64,000 nucleotides of DNA from contig OY970309.1 in NCBI GenBank assembly GCA_963716395.1, forward strand, positions 1,566,485 through 1,630,484, written 5' to 3'. Of the stretch, positions 41,254-51,165 are shown piece after piece. The position numbers and the translations under genes were made by a program. The stretch comes from an uncultured Fibrobacteria bacterium. Lineage in GTDB: Bacteria; Fibrobacterota; Fibrobacteria; UBA11236. Position 1 is the stretch's first letter, and every line of letters starts with the position of its first letter. The notes beneath the pieces are model-generated. The model was not told where the DNA came from. It worked only from the letters and a program-made list of their open reading frames with translations, and ran no database searches.

Positions 41254-43260
41254 CTAACCCAACAAATCCACTTGGGACATCGGTCCCGAGGCCTTAGGCC
41301 ACATTCCATCCCCGGTTTCGGCAGCTTGGGCTTGGGATTTTTCCGGCAGCGGGGCATACGACCAGCCGCTAAGCCGCATCTCAAGATCCGACAGGAGGTG
41401 CTCGAGCGGCGCCAGCGATTGCGACAGCAGTTCGCGCACGTCGCCGCGGTTGTTGCGAAAGTCGAGATGCGACCCGCGGCGATCCAGCGAGAGCTTGATC
41501 TCCACCTCTCCCAGATGCGGGGTCTGGGTGCGGATCTGGAGTTGCACCGGAGGCCGCTCCGCCGGCGGCCGCCCGCGCTGCGGTGCCGCGCCCACCTGCG
41601 ACCATTGCACGCCGGCCGGATGCCAGGCGTTGTCGAAGAAGTAGTAGGTTTGCGCCTCACCCGGCGTCGCCGCCTCGGGGCGCGGGGTGGAGCCGGTTAC
41701 GGTTTGCAGCCAATATTTACCTGCGGCATCGAGTTTTCCCCCGTCGGGAGCTGCGTTTCGCAGCGCGTCGAGCAAATCGTCGAGGCGCGCATCGGTCCGG
41801 CCCAAATCGGCCAACGCTTGCGACCACGAAGAATGAGCGGCGGCCGTCGGGTCCGTCTCCGATGCAACGGCGGCGCGCAGGGGCAAATCGCGCGTAAGCA
41901 GCGCGGCGTCGGCGTCGGGCCGCACCTGTTCCAGAAAGTCGGTGAAAGCGGCGGGATTGCGGCCGGCATTGCTCCAGGCTTGCGTTTGCGGCGCGGTGGC
42001 GTCGCGGGGAAAAGCCAAAACCAGGCGGAGCAGGAAATTCATTTCATCTTGTGCAGGCAGGGGTTGCCCCCCTTGCAATCTGCCGGAATCGGCCAGCACA
42101 TGGGCCAAATCCAATACGGCCTGTGCGCCGCCCGGTTGATTCAAATCGGGTTCCAAAAAATCGGCGGCCAGCCGCAGCGCCGATTGCCGCGGCGGATCGG
42201 CCGCGGTCAGCGCCGTCTGCAAAGCCGGCGGCCAACTGCGCTCGGGGCTTTGAAACCGCATCACCAGGTTTCCGGATTCGCGCTGCAGCGAAAAGCGCAC
42301 GAAATCGCCGGGCGCGCGCGTTTCCGTAGAAACCGCTTCAAGGGAGGCGCCGCCCAAATCCAGCCGGTAGCGCGTCAGTGACGGTTGCTGCAATCTGGTG
42401 GGGTCGGAGGCCTCGGGCCCGGATTCGGCCCGCCGGCCTGCCGGGCCCGGCAAGGCGGCGGAACGGCTTTCGAGCACCAAGCCGTGGCCGGTGAACAAGG
42501 CCGATCCCGTCGCCGGAACCAGGTAACGCGGAAGTTCCTTCCCCGTGTTTAGGGAGGGCGGTGTCGGGATCGCGTCGGCCGCCGCGGGGTTCGACGCCGC
42601 ACCGGACGACGGCAGAGTCGTGGCGCCGGAAACGGCGACCTTCTCATTAGTATCATCCATGTTACTACTGGTGCCGAGCGCACGGCGAAAGCCTTGCAGC
42701 AGGGTCAATAATTCGCGCTGCCCCGCCTGGTCGGCGGGAGCCGGGAGTTGCGCCAGCGCGCCGATCAAGGTCTTCAAGGTTGCCGAAGGCAACTGACCGA
42801 TTTGCTGCGTGAGAAATTCCAGACCGTCGGGTTGGCTCAAAACCTGGCGCAACAAGACGGGCAAGGATTGCATCGCCGGCGGTGCCGCGGTTCCGGTGGC
42901 GGCGGCGGCCAAAAATCCGGACAGGGCGTTTTCGAAACGGCTGAGGTCGCGCAGCAGGGCGGGCCAATTGGCAGGCATCCCGACGTCGGGGCCGGGATCG
43001 GCCGGGTCTTCGGCGGGATCGGCCGGCTTTTCGACGCGCCAGCCGTTGGCCGTGACAGTGAGCTTCAATACGTCGCCGGCCTGCACGTCGTCGGGAACCT
43101 CGGCGCGCAGGCGGCCCAGGGCGAAGTCGATCACCGCGACCTTTTTCCCCGCCGCGTCGGTTTGCACAGCGTCGACTCGGCCGGGATAGCTTGCGCCCGG
43201 CGCCCCTTCGGGCGCGGATGCGGAAAACGGACGGCCGGCGGAAATCGGCGTGGGCATCAC
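41254..43260 (-). CDS. Pro/Ala-rich protein with FliK-like C-terminal domain (putative flagellar hook-length control protein)
   Basis: 668 aa low-complexity. C-terminal segment LGEVEIKLSLDRRGSHLDFRNNRGDVRELLSQSLAPLEHLLSDLEMRL fits the Flg_hook pattern. Located near flgKL. Confidence 0.55.
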   Translation of the reverse strand: MMPTPISAGRPFSASAPEGAPGASYPGRVDAVQTDAAGKKVAVIDFALGRLRAEVPDDVQAGDVLKLTVTANGWRVEKPADPAEDPADPGPDVGMPANWPALLRDLSRFENALSGFLAAAATGTAAPPAMQSLPVLLRQVLSQPDGLEFLTQQIGQLPSATLKTLIGALAQLPAPADQAGQRELLTLLQGFRRALGTSSNMDDTNEKVAVSGATTLPSSGAASNPAAADAIPTPPSLNTGKELPRYLVPATGSALFTGHGLVLESRSAALPGPAGRRAESGPEASDPTRLQQPSLTRYRLDLGGASLEAVSTETRAPGDFVRFSLQRESGNLVMRFQSPERSWPPALQTALTAADPPRQSALRLAADFLEPDLNQPGGAQAVLDLAHVLADSGRLQGGQPLPAQDEMNFLLRLVLAFPRDATAPQTQAWSNAGRNPAAFTDFLEQVRPDADAALLTRDLPLRAAVASETDPTAAAHSSWSQALADLGRTDARLDDLLDALRNAAPDGGKLDAAGKYWLQTVTGSTPRPEAATPGEAQTYYFFDNAWHPAGVQWSQVGAAPQRGRPPAERPPVQLQIRTQTPHLGEVEIKLSLDRRGSHLDFRNNRGDVRELLSQSLAPLEHLLSDLEMRLSGWSYAPLPEKSQAQAAETGDGMWPKASGPMSQVDLLG

Positions 43261-43336
43261 TCCTCCCCCTCTTTATATCGGCCGCGGTGAACGAATGCTG
43301 TTGCGGGCTAAAGCCGCCGGCCGCCGAAAATGCGGG

Positions 43337-44302
43337 TCAGCCGCGTTCGCGGCGGATGCGGATGATGAGATCGACCTGATCCTGCCCCATGCGCAGGCGG
43401 CGGGCGATTTCCGAAGGGGTCATGCCTTTGCGGGCATAGCGTAATACCTCTTCGCGTTGCCGTTCCAGTTGCTCGAACTCGGTGGTTTCGGGCATTTTTC
43501 CGAGGGGAGGATCGTCGGTGGTTTCGGCGTCGGTCCTGGGTGCCGATAACGCATGCGCGCCTTCGTCTTCCATGGACAGCGCAGGTACGGTCCACACCGC
43601 GTCGGGGTCGGGGGGCGGAACCGGAGGCGCTGCGGAGAGGTCTTCGAGAAATTCCAGATCCACTTTGCCCACCCGCGGCGGTTCGGTCGGCGCGGTTTCG
43701 GGCTCTTGGAACAGCGGTTCGACGGGCCGTGTGGTCGGCCCAGGCGAAGGTTCGTCCCAGGGGGCGGCCGTGTCGGCTTCAGCGGGTTTGGCGGGTTCGT
43801 CGCCGCGTCGCGCCGCGGTTTGCAAATGTGCCATCTCCTCGGCTTTGCGATTTTCGATCCCGAAGTGCCGAGGTGCTTGCGTCGCGGCGGTCTTGGACCC
43901 CAGGGCGCGGCCGGCCAAGGCGCCCGCGATGGGAAAACCGAGTCCGAGGGCCGCCAGCCACATCCACAGATCGCCGACCCACACTCCGAATCCCGACAGC
44001 GAAGCATGGGATTGCGATTGCACCCATGCTCCCAACTGGCCGCGCAAAGCGGTGTATCGACGCCAGGCGTTCTCCTGTGCGGTTTTCAAATCGTCCGGAA
44101 CCTTCGGCGCCGCGGCGATTTGCTGTTCGCGCTGCTGCAAGCCAAGGTATTCGCTTTGCATTTCCCGTTTCCAAGTCGGTAGCTTATGGCCCGCAAGGGC
44201 CAGGACCGTCACGCGCACGGGCGTCAGATAGACGACTCCCGTCACAGCCACGAAGGCGACAAACCCCCATCCGACTCCCGGCCAAATTTTACTGCGTTTC
44301 AT
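43337..44302 (-). CDS. Membrane protein with Pro-rich region and C-terminal HTH-like segment
   Basis: N-terminal TM, second TM (LWMWLAALGLGFPIAGALAG). C-terminal RYARKGMTPSEIARRLRMGQDQVDLIIRIRRE. Confidence 0.45.
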   Translation of the reverse strand: MKRSKIWPGVGWGFVAFVAVTGVVYLTPVRVTVLALAGHKLPTWKREMQSEYLGLQQREQQIAAAPKVPDDLKTAQENAWRRYTALRGQLGAWVQSQSHASLSGFGVWVGDLWMWLAALGLGFPIAGALAGRALGSKTAATQAPRHFGIENRKAEEMAHLQTAARRGDEPAKPAEADTAAPWDEPSPGPTTRPVEPLFQEPETAPTEPPRVGKVDLEFLEDLSAAPPVPPPDPDAVWTVPALSMEDEGAHALSAPRTDAETTDDPPLGKMPETTEFEQLERQREEVLRYARKGMTPSEIARRLRMGQDQVDLIIRIRRERG

Positions 44303-44387
44303 GGGTTCTCATCGCAAAATGTACTCGCATCCCCTGGTGAAATCGCTGGGAAGGGCACGCGCCTTTTGATATAGTTTTTCGGGTAGT

Positions 44388-45011
44388 ATGGCCAAGTTTA
44401 TTTTGCGTTACCAGAATCAAACGGTATCGGAACACAATCTGGGCCCGGGATTCAACAACATCGGGCGGCTGCCTTCAAACTCGATCCGCGTGGATAACCC
44501 CGGCATCTCGCGGCAACACGCTTTTGTTTTGGGCGATGCGGGCGGCGGAATTTTCGTGATCGAGGATTTGGAAAGCCTGAACGGCACCTATGTGAACAAG
44601 CGCCGGGTGCAGAAGCATTGGCTGCGTCCGGGCGATGTGGTGACGGTGGGACAACATACGCTGGAGTTTGTGGAAGACGAGGGTGGGTCGACGGCTGTCG
44701 GCGCACCGGCGGCCCACGAACCCTATCTCGAGGAATTGCCTGCGGGAAAAAAACATGCTCTGCACAAAGACGTGGTCTACTTCGGCAACAGCAGCGCCGA
44801 TGATATTCAGATTCCCGGTCTCATGGTGGGCAAGAATTTCGCCAGCTTGAATCGCAAAGGCAATATCTGGGTCGCCAACCTGCTGGTCAAACGCTTTTCG
44901 CAACTGCGTCTGAACGATGAGGAAATCCATTCGGCCAAGGTCGAAGACGGAGACGCGCTGGAAGTGGCCGGTGTGAAATTCGTGCTGCACTTGCCCGGCT
45001 CCGCGATTTAA
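44388..45011 (+). CDS. Tandem FHA-domain protein
   Basis: Two FHA-like halves: GRLPSNSIRVDNPGISRQHAFV...NGTYVN...GDVVTVG, and GNSSADDIQIPGLMVGKNFASLNRKGNIWVANLL... Confidence 0.75.
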   Translation: MAKFILRYQNQTVSEHNLGPGFNNIGRLPSNSIRVDNPGISRQHAFVLGDAGGGIFVIEDLESLNGTYVNKRRVQKHWLRPGDVVTVGQHTLEFVEDEGGSTAVGAPAAHEPYLEELPAGKKHALHKDVVYFGNSSADDIQIPGLMVGKNFASLNRKGNIWVANLLVKRFSQLRLNDEEIHSAKVEDGDALEVAGVKFVLHLPGSAI

Positions 45012-45035
45012 AGCCCCGCCGGAAGATGCCCGGCG

Positions 45036-46208
45036 TCAGAGAAAATCCATCAAGGTGTGCTGGATCGATTGCGCACCCATCTGCAGGGTGGCGGTGAACA
45101 CCGATTGCTGCAAGGCCAACTGGCTGGTGGCCGCGGCAAAATCCACGTCTTCGAGATTGGACTGCTGATCGGTCAGATTGGTGTTCTGCGTGGCGCCGCG
45201 GTTTTGCGCGGCGGTCAATGCGTTGACGCGCGCTCCGTTTTGCGCCTGCGCCGCCAAATTGCGGTTCAGCGCCGCGCTCAGGGGGTCGACGCTGTCCTCG
45301 ATCTGGGTCGAATTGTTGTTGTTGAGACCTGCCAGCAAGTTAATCACGGCGGCAAAGGTGTTGCCTTGCGCATCTGATCCCGAACCGTATGCGTCGCTGG
45401 CCGTGGTGTTGATTTGCGCCGTTTGGTTCTGTGCGACCGAGCGGTTGATGGCGCCGTCGAGATCGGCCTCGTTGCGGCGAATCCAGCTGAAGCCGACCTG
45501 CAAATTGCCGCCGCCCACGGCGGCCAGGGCGGCCGTGCCCGGCGGCAGGAAGGTGATGGTGCCCTTGACGTAATCGACGGTGTAATCCGTGCCTTCCTGG
45601 AGCCCGTTGATGCTCAAGGTTCCCGGAATGACATCGTAGGCGTTGGCCGCCCCTGAAGGCGAATCGGCCGAATCGGTGACCTTGGTGTCGACGAGCTGGA
45701 TGGGCTGCCCGATTGTTCCGGCGGTGAGTTGGGCAGCGGTGATTTGCGCCGAACCATCTTGCTCGGTGAAAGGGGGAGCCTGGGTGTTGGTGCCCGAAAA
45801 CACGTAATCCCCCTGATACGTGGTGTTGGCCACGGCGACCATCTGATCGAGATTGCTGCGCACTTGCTGAGCAATCGACGCCCGGTTCAAGGCCGTCAGG
45901 GTGCCGGTGGCGCCTTGCAGGGCCAGTTGCTGGGTGTTTTGAATCAGCTGGTTATTGCCGTTCAGGGTGGTGTCGATCGTCGCCAGATACGCGCTGCCGT
46001 CGCTGATGTTGCGGGTGTATTGGGTGTTCTGCGCCAGTTGGGTGCGCACCTGCAAATCTTCGGCCGCGCCCACGGGATCGTCCGAAGGTTTATTGATGCG
46101 CTTGCCGGTGGAAAGCTGCTGCTGCAGATTCATGATCTTGGCGTAGTTGAGTTGAATCTCCTGCAAGATGTCAGTCGTGGCTTGCCCGAAAGTAACGCGC
46201 GAGGTCAT
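45036..46208 (-). CDS. flgL: Flagellar hook-associated protein 3
   Basis: Flagellin-like N-terminus (TSRVTFGQATTDILQEIQLNYAKIMNLQQQLSTGKRINKPSDDP) and C-terminus. ATG 46208 with AAAGGA RBS. Confidence 0.85.
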   Translation of the reverse strand: MTSRVTFGQATTDILQEIQLNYAKIMNLQQQLSTGKRINKPSDDPVGAAEDLQVRTQLAQNTQYTRNISDGSAYLATIDTTLNGNNQLIQNTQQLALQGATGTLTALNRASIAQQVRSNLDQMVAVANTTYQGDYVFSGTNTQAPPFTEQDGSAQITAAQLTAGTIGQPIQLVDTKVTDSADSPSGAANAYDVIPGTLSINGLQEGTDYTVDYVKGTITFLPPGTAALAAVGGGNLQVGFSWIRRNEADLDGAINRSVAQNQTAQINTTASDAYGSGSDAQGNTFAAVINLLAGLNNNNSTQIEDSVDPLSAALNRNLAAQAQNGARVNALTAAQNRGATQNTNLTDQQSNLEDVDFAAATSQLALQQSVFTATLQMGAQSIQHTLMDFL

Positions 46209-46222
46209 GGGGAAATCCTTTC

Positions 46223-47905
46223 TCACATGTTCATCAGCACATCGAGCATGGACTGAACCGTGGTGACGATGCGGGCCGAAGCCTGGTACGAGTTTTGGTA
46301 CTTGATGAGGTTGGTCATTTCCTCGTCGAGCGAAACCCCCGAGACGGATGTTTGCTCCTGTTGGAGCTGGGTCACGAGATTGTTTTGGGTTTGCAGGCCG
46401 TTGGTGCTTTGGGTGCGCGCCGCGCCGAGATCGCCCACGACCGACGAATAGTAGTCGGAGAAGGTTTGGGTGGCGTTGCCGCTGGAATCGGGCGCCATGG
46501 AATTCTGCTGGGCCAACTGCGAAATCGCCAGGGCGTTCGAGCCGTCGCCGACGCCGGGAAAACCGTTTTGCGCATAGCGCAGGTTGACGGTGATGTTGTC
46601 GCCCGCGGCGAATTTATTGTAATTGAGAAAGGTGATGGTGCCCTGCGCATAGTCGACGATGTAGTCCTTGCCCGCGCCTTCCTGCAAGGTTTGTCCGTTG
46701 CTGTCGAGGGTAATCTGCACGCTACCATTCACCAGATAGCGGTAATTGGGATCGATGGTTTTCAGATCCAAGGTGGGCGCGGTTTGGGCCGGAATGCCGC
46801 CGGCCGGACTCACGGTCGCCGACGCCGTGGTGCCGCCCGACGCGGCGGCGATATTGTTGGGATCGGCCAGCACCGCGTCCGACAGGCTGATGGTGCCGGC
46901 GGTGGTGTCGTTGGGATTGAAAAAATCGATGCCGGTATCCTGGTTCATATTGAAGCCGGTTTCGTGCAGGGCGTTCACACTTTGCACCAGACCTTTCGCC
47001 AGCGAGTCGAGTTTGTCCTGATACGACGGAATGATGGTTTGTTCGACGTCGAGGATGCCTTTGAGTTGACCGGTCGCCGGCTGCACCACCTGTTTGTTGC
47101 TCTGCAGGCGGACTCCGAAAGTGGGTTGCTGGGTGCCATCGGCTTGCGTGACCGTGGTCCCATAGGTTTCGAGCTGTTGATAACTGGACGGACCCACCAT
47201 CAGCACACCGCCCGAGGTGATGGAAACGCGCCCCTGCGCGTCCTCGGTGGTGGTCACGTCCATAAGCTGCGACAACTGGGTCACCAACTGGTTGCGTTGA
47301 TCGCGGCTGTCGTTGGCGTTGCCGTTCGGTTGCGCCTCTTCGGAGGAGATGGTTTTGTTCAGCGCCGAGATCTGCTGCATCAGGTTGTTGGCCTGGGTGA
47401 CCGTGTCTCCCAGCACGCCCTGCTGTTGGCTTTGGTATTGCTGCAGCCCCTGGGTCAAGCCGTGCAAGTTGTCGGTCAGAGTTCCGGCCGCGGCGCTCAG
47501 GGCTTCGCGCGTCGACAAATCGCCGGGATTGTTGGCCAAATCCTGCCACGCGCTGAAGAAACTGTTGAGATTGTCATTCAGGCTTCCGTTCTGCGGTTCG
47601 TTAAACAGATTTTCCACCTGCCCCAAGGCCGCGTCGACCTGGGTGTAATATCCCTGCTGCCCGGATTGGCTCTGGATTTGTTGATCGAGGAAAGCATCGC
47701 GGATGCGCGTGATATCGGCCACGTCGACACCCATGCCCATTTCGCCGTAGGTGCCATCGGGCCGGCTGAGCGGTTGGAGATCGATCTGCTTGCGCGAATA
47801 CCCTTCGGTGTTGGCGTTCGAGATATTCTGCCCGGTGACGTCGATGGCGGTTTGCGAGGCATTGAGCCCGGTCAACGCCACGCTCAGGGAACTGAACAGC
47901 GACAT
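46223..47905 (-). CDS. flgK: Flagellar hook-associated protein 1
   Basis: MSLFSSLSVALTGLNASQTAIDVTGQNISNANTEGYSRKQ is the canonical FlgK N-terminus. C-terminal ...LIKYQNSYQASARIVTTVQSMLDVLMN. Confidence 0.9.
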   Translation of the reverse strand: MSLFSSLSVALTGLNASQTAIDVTGQNISNANTEGYSRKQIDLQPLSRPDGTYGEMGMGVDVADITRIRDAFLDQQIQSQSGQQGYYTQVDAALGQVENLFNEPQNGSLNDNLNSFFSAWQDLANNPGDLSTREALSAAAGTLTDNLHGLTQGLQQYQSQQQGVLGDTVTQANNLMQQISALNKTISSEEAQPNGNANDSRDQRNQLVTQLSQLMDVTTTEDAQGRVSITSGGVLMVGPSSYQQLETYGTTVTQADGTQQPTFGVRLQSNKQVVQPATGQLKGILDVEQTIIPSYQDKLDSLAKGLVQSVNALHETGFNMNQDTGIDFFNPNDTTAGTISLSDAVLADPNNIAAASGGTTASATVSPAGGIPAQTAPTLDLKTIDPNYRYLVNGSVQITLDSNGQTLQEGAGKDYIVDYAQGTITFLNYNKFAAGDNITVNLRYAQNGFPGVGDGSNALAISQLAQQNSMAPDSSGNATQTFSDYYSSVVGDLGAARTQSTNGLQTQNNLVTQLQQEQTSVSGVSLDEEMTNLIKYQNSYQASARIVTTVQSMLDVLMNM

Positions 47906-47908
47906 GGC

Positions 47909-48505
47909 TCAGGCCTTGCGGTTCACCAGACTGCGCAATTGACGGCGGTGCAATTGCGATTGACCCTGCCGCGTATACAGGCGGTGGCGCTCGGCCGGGC
48001 TGCGTCCCGCCACGCTGGTGATGGCCGACAAGGTGGCGGCCACCAGGCGCTGACCGTTCTCGGCCAGAGCCGTGTTGATGCGCGCCGTATCCTGCGCTTC
48101 GCGCAAGAGCGGCCGCAGGGCGTCGCGCGCCGCCAGCAGACGGCGGGCCGCTTCCGCTTCGAGGTGCGGAACCAGCTCTTCGCATTTGGCCGATGGTTTC
48201 ACAGCCGGCCGCGTGAACCAGCCTTCGGTGGGACTGCGGCGATACAGGCCGGCTTTTTCCAGGATCGCCGCCACCCAGGCTTCGCGGTCGACGTCGAGTT
48301 GCAACAGCCGCGCCAGCACGCCGTCGATGGCGGCGTTGGCTTCGGCGAGATGCGCCATCGCGCCATGAATTAAAGCGTGACGTTGGTCGCGGAGCAAAAC
48401 AAGGTAGTCGCGGTAGGCTTCGGTTTGCATTTCGAGATTGCGCGCTAGGGCGTGGCCGGGATTTTTTTCCGGCTCCGGAACGCGACGGTGCGGCACGGTG
48501 ATCAT
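47909..48505 (-). CDS. Putative FlgN-like flagellar export chaperone
   Basis: Helical ~190-aa protein immediately upstream of flgK. Position and size are consistent with FlgN. Weak sequence signature. Confidence 0.5.
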   Translation of the reverse strand: MITVPHRRVPEPEKNPGHALARNLEMQTEAYRDYLVLLRDQRHALIHGAMAHLAEANAAIDGVLARLLQLDVDREAWVAAILEKAGLYRRSPTEGWFTRPAVKPSAKCEELVPHLEAEAARRLLAARDALRPLLREAQDTARINTALAENGQRLVAATLSAITSVAGRSPAERHRLYTRQGQSQLHRRQLRSLVNRKA

Positions 48506-49383
48506 GGCGAATCTCCTTGCGCAACGTGGTTGCGCATTTGCAGCACACGGCTGACATAATCCTGGGTTTCGGGATAGGGCGGGATGCCGCCGAAGCGATC
48601 GACGGTCGCAGGCCCGGCATTGTAACCGGCCAGGGCCAGGCCTTCGTTGCCGTGGTAGCGGTCGAGCAGGGTGCGCAGGTAGCGCGCCCCGCCCATGACG
48701 TTCTGGAGGGGATCGAAGGGGTTCGCCACCCCCATCGCCGCCGAGGTCGTATCGGTCAATTGCATCAAGCCTTTGGCGCCTTTGGAAGACACGGCGGCGG
48801 GGTCACCCGCCGATTCGGCATGGATGACGCTGCGTAACAAATCGGCCGGCACGTCGTATTGCTGCGACGCTGCCTGCACCAGCGGATTCAATTGCGCGGG
48901 TGGCAGCGCCGCGCCTCCCGAGGATGGGACCGCAGGCGTCGGCGCGCCTTTGAGTCCGGCGATATCGGTCGGCGTCAAGGTGCGTCCACTTTGCCGCAAG
49001 GAGCGATAAATTTCCGCGGCCAGCGAATTTGAAGTGCCGTTCTGGGCGGCGGTTAATCCCGCGAGTCCCGAGGTGAGCGGCGAACTCGCTGGTGCGGCCG
49101 CGACATCTTGATCGAACATGTCGGTGAACATGTTGCGCGCAAACGAGGGTTGGGTCAGGTCGCTGTGGTCCACGGTTTGGCGCATCGACTTGTACAGTTG
49201 GGTGAGAAACATGGTTTGAAAATCGAGACTGGTTTTCCAGCGCTGCATTTCCGCGGCCGACGATCCCGCCGCGGCCTTGGGGCCGGCGTTTGCCGCCGGA
49301 GATGTCGGCGGGTGCGAGGCCAGCGCTGCTTCGGCTTGCAAAAGATTCAGGCTCTGTAGGCCGGAGGCATCGGGTATGGGCAT
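48502..49383 (-). CDS. flgJ: FlgJ-like rod-assembly protein: N-terminal rod-binding domain fused to lytic transglycosylase (SLT) domain
   Basis: Rod-binding-like segment (FQTMFLTQLYKSMRQT...FTDMFDQ). C-terminal SLT motifs (ESAGDPAAVSSKGAKGLMQLTDTT...LALAGYNAGPATV). ATG 49383 assumed. Confidence 0.7.
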   Translation of the reverse strand: MPIPDASGLQSLNLLQAEAALASHPPTSPAANAGPKAAAGSSAAEMQRWKTSLDFQTMFLTQLYKSMRQTVDHSDLTQPSFARNMFTDMFDQDVAAAPASSPLTSGLAGLTAAQNGTSNSLAAEIYRSLRQSGRTLTPTDIAGLKGAPTPAVPSSGGAALPPAQLNPLVQAASQQYDVPADLLRSVIHAESAGDPAAVSSKGAKGLMQLTDTTSAAMGVANPFDPLQNVMGGARYLRTLLDRYHGNEGLALAGYNAGPATVDRFGGIPPYPETQDYVSRVLQMRNHVAQGDSP

Positions 49384-49641
49384 GGCGGACTCGGGTTGAA
49401 ATTTCCCTTGAACGTTGCCAGACGCAAACCCTATGCCACGCGCCCGTTTCTGCAACGCAGCCGAATTCGGCGCATGCCGCCGATATGCCGTTTCCATTCC
49501 TGCCGGGACCAGCAATTTTTTCCACCCCTGAGTGGGTAGGCGCGGGACGAAAATCGGGGTAAAATCAAAAAACCTTATGGCTTTTGGGTTTCGATCCGAT
49601 ATTCGGAAAGAGAAGGAGCTTGCGTGTTTTTTGCATCGGGT

Positions 49642-50244
49642 ATGGACGGATTACGATCGATAGCACCTCTGGAAGAGTGGACCCGCGTCGCCCAGGCCGG
49701 CGTGATCGCACCTGAACACGATTCCGACGAAGGCGGGGGCGCCGAAGGTTTCCACCGCCCCCCTCCGCGGCGCAAAGCGGCGCAGGCCTATGCGGCGGCG
49801 CGGCGGGCGCTGCCGCCCGAGCCCATTCTCACCGCCGACAAAGCCATGCAGGCACCGGCGCATTGCGTGCGTGCCGAAGTCCCTCTGGAAGAGGCCGAAC
49901 ACCTGATGCGCGTCAAGGGCGTCGGACATCTGCCCGTGCTGGCAAAAGAGGGCTTGCTGGTGGGCGTACTCTCCGATCATGATTTGTTGCGCCTGCGCGT
50001 CCATCCGCCGCAGGGGCTGGAATGGTCTGAAGTGTTGGCACGGCCCGTGGGCGAATTCATGGCCTCGCCCGCCTTCGCGGTGGGCCCCGAAGCCGACATC
50101 CGTTATATCGCCGCCATGCTGCTCGACAAGCGGGTGGGATGTGCGCCGGTGATCAATACCGCAGGCGAGGTGCTCGGCATCATTACCCGTACCGACATTC
50201 TGCAAGGCTTCGTTAAACATCCGCCCCTGCGTCTTTGGGCCTGA
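49642..50244 (+). CDS. CBS-domain pair protein
   Basis: Two CBS motifs (VKGVGHLPVL...GVLSDHDLL; VGCAPVINTAGEVLGIITRTDIL). Confidence 0.65.
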   Translation: MDGLRSIAPLEEWTRVAQAGVIAPEHDSDEGGGAEGFHRPPPRRKAAQAYAAARRALPPEPILTADKAMQAPAHCVRAEVPLEEAEHLMRVKGVGHLPVLAKEGLLVGVLSDHDLLRLRVHPPQGLEWSEVLARPVGEFMASPAFAVGPEADIRYIAAMLLDKRVGCAPVINTAGEVLGIITRTDILQGFVKHPPLRLWA

Positions 50245-50284
50245 TCCCGTTGCGTTCGGGCCGTGGCCCGGTTAGGTTTGCGGC

Positions 50285-51085
50285 ATGTCCGCCGCCAAGA
50301 TTCCGCCGCTGCTGGAAGTGCGCCATGCCACCGTGCAGCGGGAAGAAACCTTGGCGTTACGCCGGTTTTCCTGGACCGTGCGCGGCGGGGAGCATTGGGC
50401 GGTGCTGGGCCCCAACGGTTCGGGCAAAAGCACCTTGGTACAGATGCTGCAAGGGTGGCTGTGGCCGCGCACGGGAACGCTGTCGGTGCTGGGGCGGAAT
50501 TTCGGATCCGACGACGTGGCCGAATTGCGGCGGCATGTGGCCTGGGTCGGCCAGGAGGCCGAGGCCGAATCGCCGGCGCACCAAAGCGTGGGCGCCATCG
50601 CCGCTTCCGGAACCGTGGGTGCCTGGGGGTTGCAATTCGAACGGCCCGGAGGGCGGCAGCGCGCCCGGGCCCGGGCGGCGCTCCGCGCCTTGGGGCTTCT
50701 GCGTCTGGCCGATCGGCCATTCCGGCATTTAAGCCAGGGGCAACGCCGCCTGGTGGTGATTGCCCGCGCCTTGGCGATGCGGCCCCGGCTCCTGTTGCTC
50801 GACGAAGCCACGGGCGGGCTCGATCCCGTTGCCCGCGAACGGTTTCTTCGGCGCGTGGCCGGCTTGCTCCGCCCGCCCCACCATCCTGCCGTGATTTATG
50901 TCACGCATCATATCGAAGAAATTCTGCCGGGGTTCACCCATGTCTTGCTGCTGCGCGCCGGCCGCTGCGTGGCCGCCGGGCCGCGCCGCGACGTTCTGAC
51001 GCCGGCGACGCTGCGCGCCACCTTTGGAACTCGTTTTACAGTGGCTTTTCGCGAAGGCCGGTATTGGGTGCGCTCGCTCGGTTAA
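50285..51085 (+). CDS. ABC transporter ATP-binding protein (stand-alone ATPase)
   Basis: Walker A GPNGSGKST. Signature LSQGQRR. Walker B LLLLDEATGGLD. Confidence 0.8.
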   Translation: MSAAKIPPLLEVRHATVQREETLALRRFSWTVRGGEHWAVLGPNGSGKSTLVQMLQGWLWPRTGTLSVLGRNFGSDDVAELRRHVAWVGQEAEAESPAHQSVGAIAASGTVGAWGLQFERPGGRQRARARAALRALGLLRLADRPFRHLSQGQRRLVVIARALAMRPRLLLLDEATGGLDPVARERFLRRVAGLLRPPHHPAVIYVTHHIEEILPGFTHVLLLRAGRCVAAGPRRDVLTPATLRATFGTRFTVAFREGRYWVRSLG

Positions 51086-51165
51086 GGCCGAGCGCAGCCC
51101 CGCGCGGATTGCGGGGACCTTGCCGGTCCGATCCCACATCCGCCCCAGGCCAACAGGGTCGCGCT

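Noticed and set aside
46295-48373. 692-aa + strand ORF
   Set aside because: Antisense to flgK and flgN, which have strong flagellar signatures.
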